Part shown: piece by piece, positions 57,326 to 64,000 of the stretch
Position numbering within the stretch: position 1 is the first letter of the stretch
How the letters are laid out: every line of letters starts with the position of its first letter
NCBI GenBank assembly: GCA_963832165.1
Contig: CAWHTE010000001.1
Span: 768,001-832,000, forward strand
Direction: 5' to 3'
DNA length: 64,000 nt
Source: an uncultured delta proteobacterium
Lineage (GTDB): Bacteria > Myxococcota_A > UBA9160 > SMWR01
Program-made: the position numbers and the translations under genes
The notes under the pieces: model-generated
The model's database searches: none
Seen by the model: only the letters and a program-made list of their open reading frames with translations
Told to the model about the DNA's origin: nothing

Positions 57326-59074
57326 ATGATTCGCCGCCGCACCCGCACTTCGTCCCTCGCACTCGCACTGCTCGCGTTCGCGACGTTCGCCGCACCGATC
57401 CGCGCCGCGGCGCCGTCTCCCGCGTACGGCACGCGCGGAATGGTGGTGGCCTCCGAGATCGAAGCGGCGCGCGCGGGTCGCGCGATGTTCGAGCGCGGCG
57501 GCAATGCCGTCGACGCGGCGATCGCGACGGCTTTCGCGCTCGCCGTGACGCAGCCGTTCTCGGCCGGGTTCGGCGGCGGTGCCTTCCTGCTGATCCGAAC
57601 CGGCCTCGGTGAGGTGCTCGCGATCGACGCGCGCGAGACCGCGCCGGCCGCCGCGACCCGCGACATGTACCGGCAGCCCGGGGTGCCCGAGGGCGCTTCG
57701 CTCTCGGGCCCGCTCGCGGTCGCGACGCCGGGCTTCATCGCGGGCTGCGCGCTCGCGCTCGAGCGCTGGGGCACGTTCGGGCTCTCCGACGTGCTCGCGC
57801 CGGCGATCGAGCTCGCGGAGAACGGCTTCGCGATCGGGCCCTATCACGCGCACATGATCGAGGCCATGCGCGAGCGCGGGCTCGCCAAGCGGTTTCCCGA
57901 GACGGCGCGCATCCAGTTCCCGCCCGAGGGCACGCCGGCGCGGCCGGGCTGGCGACTCGTGCAGCGCGACCTCGCTGCGACACTTCGCCGTGTTGCTTCC
58001 GAGGGTCCGGGTGTGCTCACCCACGGCGAGATCGCGGATGCGCTCGCGACCGCGGTGCGCTCGCGCGGCGGGATCCTGACCCGCGACGACATCGCCGCCT
58101 ATCAGCCGGTGATCCGCGACCCCGTCGTGGGCAGCTACCGGGGCTACGCGGTCTACACCTTCCCGCCGCCGTCGTCGGGTGGTCTGGCGCTGATCGAGGC
58201 GCTCAACGTGTTGGAGGGCTTCCAGCTCGCACCGCTCGGTGCAGGCTCGTCGGAGAGCATCCACCGGATCGCCGAGGTGATGAAGCTCTCGTTCGCGGAC
58301 ACGCTCGCGTTCGTGGGCGATCCCGACTTCGTCTCCGTGCCGGCCTCGCGTCTGATCGCGAAGCCCTACGCCGCGCAGCTGCGCAAGCGCCTCCGGCCGA
58401 TCCGATTGCCCTGGTGGCAACGCGCCCCGTGGAACTGGTTCGAGGGCGAGCGCCCGATCCGCGTCGAGGGTCCGGGCCTGCCCGCGCGCGACGCCGGCAC
58501 GACGCACTTGTCCGCGATCGACGCGGCGGGCAACGCGGTGGCGCTCACGATGACGATCAACACGCCGTACGGCTCGGGCATCACCGCCGAGCACACGGGC
58601 ATCCTGCTCAACAACGAGATGGACGACTTCGCGATCGCGCCGGACCAGCCCAACACCTATGGACTCGTCGACAAGCGCGGGGCGAACGCGATCGCGCCGC
58701 GCAAGCGTCCCCGGTCGAGCATGACGCCGACGATCGTCGAAAAGGGGGGACAGCTGTTCATGGTGACGGGCAGTCCGGGCGGGCCGCGCATCATCAGCAC
58801 CACGCTGCTCTCGATGCTCAACGTGATCGACTACGGCATGGACGCCTCGGCCGCGGTGTCGGCCCCGCGCTTCCACCATCAGTGGGTTCCCGACGTGCTC
58901 TACCTCGAGCCGGAGACCGCGCTCGACGTCGTGGACGCGCTGCGCGCCCGCGGCCATACCGTGGAGGTGGAGCAGCGCGACTGGTCGGCCGCCGAGGCGA
59001 TCGTCGTCGATCCCAGCGGCGCGTTCTGGGGCGGCAGCGATCCGCGGCGCGATGGGATGGCGGCCGGTTACTGA
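57326..59074 (+). CDS. ggt: Gamma-glutamyltransferase
   Basis: Signal peptide; GGNAVDAA, IDARETAP, PPPSSGG, catalytic TTHLS, LNNEMDDF, PRSSMTP, GSPGG. Confidence 0.95.
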   Translation: MIRRRTRTSSLALALLAFATFAAPIRAAAPSPAYGTRGMVVASEIEAARAGRAMFERGGNAVDAAIATAFALAVTQPFSAGFGGGAFLLIRTGLGEVLAIDARETAPAAATRDMYRQPGVPEGASLSGPLAVATPGFIAGCALALERWGTFGLSDVLAPAIELAENGFAIGPYHAHMIEAMRERGLAKRFPETARIQFPPEGTPARPGWRLVQRDLAATLRRVASEGPGVLTHGEIADALATAVRSRGGILTRDDIAAYQPVIRDPVVGSYRGYAVYTFPPPSSGGLALIEALNVLEGFQLAPLGAGSSESIHRIAEVMKLSFADTLAFVGDPDFVSVPASRLIAKPYAAQLRKRLRPIRLPWWQRAPWNWFEGERPIRVEGPGLPARDAGTTHLSAIDAAGNAVALTMTINTPYGSGITAEHTGILLNNEMDDFAIAPDQPNTYGLVDKRGANAIAPRKRPRSSMTPTIVEKGGQLFMVTGSPGGPRIISTTLLSMLNVIDYGMDASAAVSAPRFHHQWVPDVLYLEPETALDVVDALRARGHTVEVEQRDWSAAEAIVVDPSGAFWGGSDPRRDGMAAGY

Positions 59075-61657
59075 TCAGCCCGCGCCCGGCTCGCCGCGCA
59101 CGACCGCTTCGGTGTAGGCGCCGAGGTCGATGATCCGCTGCGCCACGCGCAGCACGTCCTTTCCCGTCACGGCGCGAATCCGCTCCGGATAGGCGCGGCT
59201 CGCGCCGGCGCCGAGCCCGTAGAGCGCATTGAGACTGCTCTGCGCCGCGTGCACTGCGTTGCGCTGGTGGTCGATCGCGAAGTTGCCCACGAGATGGCGG
59301 CGCGCGGCCTCGAGCTCGCCTTCGTGCGGCTCTGCGTCGAGCAGTCGCGAGAGCTGCTCGAACAGCCCGACGCGCGCCGCGGCGAGCTTCTCCGGCGCGG
59401 TCGCGATGTATACGGCGAAGTAGCCCGGCGCGAGGCCCTCCACACTGGTCGCGGTCACCGAATACGCGAGGCCCTGTTTGTCGCGGAGCTCGAGGAACAT
59501 CCTTCCGCTCTGGCCCGCGAGCAGCTGCGTGATGACTTCGAGCGCGAAGCGATCGTCGTCGGCCACGGAGACGCCGCGGAAGCCGATCACGAGATGCGCC
59601 TGGGCGCGATCCTTCACGATCTCGGCGCGGCGGATCTCGCGCGGCGGATCCTCGAGCGGCGGAGAGGGAAGCTCGAAGTCGCCGCCGTCGAGCGCGGCGA
59701 GGCGCACCGCGAGGCCCTGCGCGACGGCGTCCGGGTCGACGTCGCCCGACACCGCGATCACGAGATTGCTCGGGCGCACGAGCCGCTCGTAGTGCGCCAC
59801 CACGGCGTCGCAATCGAGCGCCGAGATCACCTCGGCGCTGCCGAGCGTGGGCATGCGATAGGGATGCTCGAGGAACAGATGCTCGGCGAGCAGCTGGAAC
59901 GCGCGCTGGCCGAGGCGGTCTTCGCGGCGCTCGATCGCGGCGAGCGTCTCGGCGCGTTCGCGCTCGAGCTCGGCCGGGTCGAATGCGGGCTCGATCAGCA
60001 CTTCGGTGAACAGGTCGAGCGCGGGCTCGAGCGCGGCGCTGGGCGCGTCGAGCGTCACGCCGAAGCTGCTGCGCCCCGAGAAGACGTCGATGTCCGCGGC
60101 GCGGCTCTCGACCGCGCGCGCGAACGCGGCTGCCGAATGGCTCTCGGTGCCGCGCATCCACATCGAGGCGAGAAACGCCGTGAGCCCCGACGTGGACGGA
60201 TCCTCCGCGAGCAGCCCGCCGCGCAGCGCGGCGCGCGCCGCGATCACGGGCACGCTGCGGCGCGGCACGACGTGCAGCTCCGCGCCGCCCGGCAGCGCAT
60301 AGCTCACGAGCTCGGGCTCGCGCGAGCGCACGACCGGCGGCGACGCCGCGCGCGACGCGCGCTCCACCCCGCGCATCACCGCGCGCCGGATCGCCGCGTC
60401 GTCGATCGCGCCGCGATCGGCGTCGGGCAGCAGTACGCCGACCGTGAGCGCGTCCTGGCGCCATCTCGTGTGCGCGACGCGCAGCAGATCGTCGGGGGTC
60501 GCCGTGCGAACCGCGTCGAGATAGCGCGCTTCGGTCTCGAGGCTGCCGCCGTTCACGAGGAAGCTGCCGAGCTTCGCCGCGAGGCCCGACACGCTCTCGC
60601 GCTCGAAGTGCTCCGAGGTCAGGAAGTTGATGCGCGCCTTCTCGATCTCTTCGGCGGAAACGGGATGGGCGCGCAGGCGCTCGATCTCCGCGATCGTGGC
60701 CTCGAGCGCTTGCGCGGCGCGCGGCGCATCCGTGTCGAAATCGATCGTGGTGGTTCCGGGGTCGAACGGTGTGTAGGACCAGGCGTCGATCCGGTCCACG
60801 AGCCCGTCGCGCTCCTTCACCGCGCGTACGAGTCGGCTGCTCTCGCAGTTTCCGAGCAGGAAGGACACGAGATCGAGATAGGGCGCATCCGGATGCGAGA
60901 GTGCGAGGCCCGGGTACGCGATCTCGATCGAAGCGCGCTCGAACGGCCGCGCGAGCACCGCCGAGCGCAGCTCGCGCTGCGCGGGCTCGCTGCGCCGATC
61001 GCGGCGCGCGCCGCTCGGCGCGAGCCCCGTGAACGCGCGCCGGATCGACTCGAGCACGTTGGCGCGGTCGAACTGGCCCACTGCGATCGCGACCAGGTTG
61101 TCCGGCGCGTACCAGCGCTCGTAGAAGCGGCGCACGCGCGCGCGGTCGAAGCTGGCGACGCTCTCGGGTGTACCCAGGATCGGATGGCGATACGGATGCT
61201 CGGCGAAGACCGAGTCGAACACGGCGTTGGACAGCACGCTGCCCGGGGAATCCTCGCTGCGCCGGATCTCCTCGAGCACCACCTCGATCTCGCGCGCGAT
61301 CTCGCCGGGATCGAACAGCGAGTGGAGAACCGCGTCGCAGAGCACGTCGATGCCGGTCTCGAACGCGTCCGCGGGCGTCGTCGCGTGGTAGACGGTCACG
61401 TCGTGGGACGTGTAGGCGTTGATGCGCCCGCCTGCGCCCTCGACCTCGCCCGCGATCTGGCCGAGGCCGCGCCGCTCGGTGCCCTTGAACAGCATGTGCT
61501 CGTGGAAGTGGGCGAGGCCGCGCTCGTCCGGACGTTCGTCGGCAGATCCCGCACGCGCCCAGAGCTGGAACTCGGCGACCGGCGCGGTGTCGGTCTCGAG
61601 GAGCACGACGGTGAGCCCGTTCGGGAGCTGCTCACAGTGGACAGAGCGCTGGCTCAC
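59075..61657 (-). CDS. M16 (pitrilysin family) zinc protease
   Basis: GLAHFHEHMLFKGT (HxxEH), INAYTS, RWYAPDN, LRDKQGLAYSV. Confidence 0.93.
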   Translation of the reverse strand: MSQRSVHCEQLPNGLTVVLLETDTAPVAEFQLWARAGSADERPDERGLAHFHEHMLFKGTERRGLGQIAGEVEGAGGRINAYTSHDVTVYHATTPADAFETGIDVLCDAVLHSLFDPGEIAREIEVVLEEIRRSEDSPGSVLSNAVFDSVFAEHPYRHPILGTPESVASFDRARVRRFYERWYAPDNLVAIAVGQFDRANVLESIRRAFTGLAPSGARRDRRSEPAQRELRSAVLARPFERASIEIAYPGLALSHPDAPYLDLVSFLLGNCESSRLVRAVKERDGLVDRIDAWSYTPFDPGTTTIDFDTDAPRAAQALEATIAEIERLRAHPVSAEEIEKARINFLTSEHFERESVSGLAAKLGSFLVNGGSLETEARYLDAVRTATPDDLLRVAHTRWRQDALTVGVLLPDADRGAIDDAAIRRAVMRGVERASRAASPPVVRSREPELVSYALPGGAELHVVPRRSVPVIAARAALRGGLLAEDPSTSGLTAFLASMWMRGTESHSAAAFARAVESRAADIDVFSGRSSFGVTLDAPSAALEPALDLFTEVLIEPAFDPAELERERAETLAAIERREDRLGQRAFQLLAEHLFLEHPYRMPTLGSAEVISALDCDAVVAHYERLVRPSNLVIAVSGDVDPDAVAQGLAVRLAALDGGDFELPSPPLEDPPREIRRAEIVKDRAQAHLVIGFRGVSVADDDRFALEVITQLLAGQSGRMFLELRDKQGLAYSVTATSVEGLAPGYFAVYIATAPEKLAAARVGLFEQLSRLLDAEPHEGELEAARRHLVGNFAIDHQRNAVHAAQSSLNALYGLGAGASRAYPERIRAVTGKDVLRVAQRIIDLGAYTEAVVRGEPGAG

Positions 61658-61703
61658 GATCCGTCCAGCGTACCCGAGGCCCCGAGCGTACGCTCTCTCG
61701 GCG

Positions 61704-62861
61704 ATGGACGATCTCGGCGTCTACCTGCACGTGCCGTTCTGCGAGCGGATCTGTCCGTACTGCGACTTCGCCGTGATCGCGGCGCGCTCGCTCGGCCGCG
61801 CCGCCGAACAGGAGTACGTGGCCGCGCTGCTGGCGGAGCTCGCGGTGCGCCGCGCCGAATTTGCGGGGCACCGGCTCGCGACGATCTATCTCGGCGGCGG
61901 CACGCCGTCGCTGCTTTCGCCGCACAGCGTGCGCGAGCTGCTCGACGCGGTGCACGGGGCATTTTCGGGCGAGCCCGCCGAGGTGACGCTCGAGGTCAAT
62001 CCCAGCACGCTCGAGCGCGAGCGGCTGCCCGGCTTCCGAGACGCGGGAGTCGATCGCGTGTCGGTCGGGATCCAATCGTTCGACGACACCACGCTGCGAC
62101 GTCTGGGCCGGGCCCATCGCGCGCGCGAGGGCCATCTCACGCTCGCAGCGTGCCGCGCGGCCGGATTCGCGCGAATGTCGCTCGACCTGATCGCGGCGGC
62201 GCCCGGCCAGGACCTCGCATCGTTCGAGCGCGACCTCGGGGCCGCAGTCTCCGCGGCGCCCGACCACGTGTCGGTCTACGAGCTCACGCTCGAGCCCGGC
62301 ACACCGTTCGCTCGCGCGGCGCAGAGCGGCCGCCTCGCGCTCGCGGACGAGGAGATTGCAGTGCGCATGCTCGAGCGGACCGAGGAGCAGCTGGGCGCGG
62401 CGGGCTACCGCCGCTACGAGATCTCGAGCTATGCGCGGCCCGGGCGCGAGGCGATTCACAACCAGCGCTACTGGAACCGCCGACCCGTGCTCGGCCTCGG
62501 CATGGGCGCGGTGTCGAACGATCCGCCCACAGCGGACTCGCCGCACGGCACGCGCCGCACGAACCCGCGCACGCTCGACGCCTATCTCGCGGTCGTCGCA
62601 GGAGTGCGCGATGCGGAGATCGAGGCGCTCTCGCCGCAGGTGGCGCGCGGCGAGGCGGTCTTTCTGGCGCTGCGCACCGCAGCGGGTCTCGATGCGGAGC
62701 GCTTCGCTTCCGAGTTCGGATCGCCGCCGCGCGAGTTCTTCGGCGATGCGATCGAGGCGCTTCGTGCGCAGGGTCTGCTCGAGGAGGCAGACACGGGTCG
62801 ACTGTCGCTCACACCCCGCGGGCGAATGTTGTCGGACTCGGTCTTCGCACACTTCGTCTGA
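61704..62861 (+). CDS. hemW: Radical SAM heme chaperone
   Basis: YLHVPFCERICPYCDF, YLGGGTPS, YEISSY, HNQRYW. Confidence 0.92.
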   Translation: MDDLGVYLHVPFCERICPYCDFAVIAARSLGRAAEQEYVAALLAELAVRRAEFAGHRLATIYLGGGTPSLLSPHSVRELLDAVHGAFSGEPAEVTLEVNPSTLERERLPGFRDAGVDRVSVGIQSFDDTTLRRLGRAHRAREGHLTLAACRAAGFARMSLDLIAAAPGQDLASFERDLGAAVSAAPDHVSVYELTLEPGTPFARAAQSGRLALADEEIAVRMLERTEEQLGAAGYRRYEISSYARPGREAIHNQRYWNRRPVLGLGMGAVSNDPPTADSPHGTRRTNPRTLDAYLAVVAGVRDAEIEALSPQVARGEAVFLALRTAAGLDAERFASEFGSPPREFFGDAIEALRAQGLLEEADTGRLSLTPRGRMLSDSVFAHFV

Positions 62862-62887
62862 CCGGGAGCTTGGGGTAACTTGGGTTC

Positions 62888-63958
62888 GTGGTGAGGAACG
62901 GACCGCCGATGGAGGCCGCGGACTGCGATGACGCCGTGCGGCTGACGGATCGCCAGCAGGACGTGCTGCGCGCGGTGATCCGCGCCTACGTGGGAGCGGC
63001 CGCGCCGATCGGTTCCCAGCACATCTCCCACCTGCTCGTGAAGAATCTCTCCTCCGCGTCGATCCGCAACACGCTGGCCGAGCTCGCCGCGCTCGGATTG
63101 GTCCAGCAGCCGCACACCTCGGCGGGTCGCATCCCCACGGAGCAGGGACTGCGGACCTTCATCGACTTCCTGCTCGAGCGCCGCGAGGTCGCCGACTACG
63201 ACAAGCGCGCGATCGAGTATCGCGTCGACAACGCGCAGGGCGACTCGGTGGTCGAGGTGGCTGCGCAGCTCTTGTCGGAGCAGACGCGCCTGCTCGGATT
63301 CGCCGTGGCGCCGCGGCTCGAGCGCGTGACGCTCCAGCACGTGAGTCTGGTCCGGCTCAGCAGCTCGCGCGTGCTCGCGGTGCTGGTCTCGAGTACGGGC
63401 GCCGCCTATCGCCGCGTGATCGCGGCCGACGTCGATCTCGACCAGCGGGAGCTGGACCGCGCTGCCTCACACCTCACCGAGCGCGCAGTGGGTCGCACGC
63501 TCGGCGAGGTCCGCGACGCGCTGCACCGCGAGGCCGCCGCGCTGCGCCACGAGGCCAACCGACTCCTTCGCTGCGCGCTCGAGCTCGGAACGCGCGCGGT
63601 GGCACCGCAGGACGAAGAGGTGGACATCATCGTCGCGACGCGGCTGGCCGTGCTCGACCAGCCGGAGTTCCGCGACCCTCGCCGCATCCGCGAGATCCTC
63701 GAGACGCTCGAGACCAAGGAGCGTCTGGCCGAGATCGTCGATCAGATGCTCACGAGTGGCGGAGTTCAGGTGGCGATCGGTGGAGAGATGGGAGATCCCA
63801 CGCTCTCGCACTGCGCGCTGGTCGCGACGCGCTACGGCGACGAGCTCACGCCGCTCGGCGCGGTGGGCGTGATCGGGCCGAGCCGCATGGATTACTCGCG
63901 CGTGATTCCGCTGGTCGCGTTCTGCTCGCGCGCCATCACGGGCAAACTGCTGGGATGA
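62888..63958 (+). CDS. hrcA: Heat-inducible transcription repressor
   Basis: LTDRQQDVL, PIGS, SSASIRN, QPHTSAGRIPT, GVIGPSRMDY. Confidence 0.95.
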   Translation: MVRNGPPMEAADCDDAVRLTDRQQDVLRAVIRAYVGAAAPIGSQHISHLLVKNLSSASIRNTLAELAALGLVQQPHTSAGRIPTEQGLRTFIDFLLERREVADYDKRAIEYRVDNAQGDSVVEVAAQLLSEQTRLLGFAVAPRLERVTLQHVSLVRLSSSRVLAVLVSSTGAAYRRVIAADVDLDQRELDRAASHLTERAVGRTLGEVRDALHREAAALRHEANRLLRCALELGTRAVAPQDEEVDIIVATRLAVLDQPEFRDPRRIREILETLETKERLAEIVDQMLTSGGVQVAIGGEMGDPTLSHCALVATRYGDELTPLGAVGVIGPSRMDYSRVIPLVAFCSRAITGKLLG

Positions 63959-64000
63959 GTGGCACGCGCGACGGGGGCCGGAAGGGCGGGCCGGCTCCGG
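63955..64000 (+). CDS. 5' end of next gene, possibly grpE (context only)
   Basis: ATG overlaps hrcA stop (ATGA), open to window end; hrcA-grpE order is common. Confidence 0.35.
   Translation, partial: MSGTRDGGRKGGPAP

Noticed and set aside
59249..62878. Long antisense or alternate-frame ORFs (also 5886-8405, 9216-12371, 10793-13669, 15408-18665)
   Set aside because: Shadow ORFs expected at this GC content; no motifs, and they overlap well-supported genes
61658..62890. CIRCE operator for hemW/hrcA
   Set aside because: No TTAGCACTC-N9-GAGTGCTAA-like sequence in either intergenic region

Overview
Very high-GC chromosomal segment from a Gram-negative bacterium. Its gene content (kdsA, LptF/G, PEP-CTERM proteins, hemW-hrcA, many lipid-catabolic enzymes) looks Myxococcota/deltaproteobacterial; that placement is inference. 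It holds about 55 genes, one tRNA-Phe, GTAG-family REP elements, and no visible integrase, transposase, rRNA or CRISPR array. Highlights: (1) a ~17 kb envelope-lipid cluster (15764-32477). It resembles the Caulobacter ceramide-phosphoglycerate (Cpg) genes (Tam41-like nucleotidyltransferase, ceramide/DAG kinase, CDP-alcohol phosphotransferase, NTP transferases, LptF/G) but adds kdsA, a GT-A/ELM1 glycosyltransferase fusion, an MsbA-like exporter, a single-chain LptF-LptG and a secreted PHP hydrolase, so it may make and export an undescribed anionic glyco(sphingo)lipid. (2) A radical SAM gene with an intein inserted at the third Cys of CxxxCxxC and a truncated LAGLIDADG endonuclease. (3) A tRNA-Phe/TerC/CNNM/diadenylate cyclase gene string. 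(4) A recurrent TANNNT-N6-9-start leaderless signature. Several genes carry clustered indels that look like unpolished long-read errors, so all frameshifts need read-level checking.
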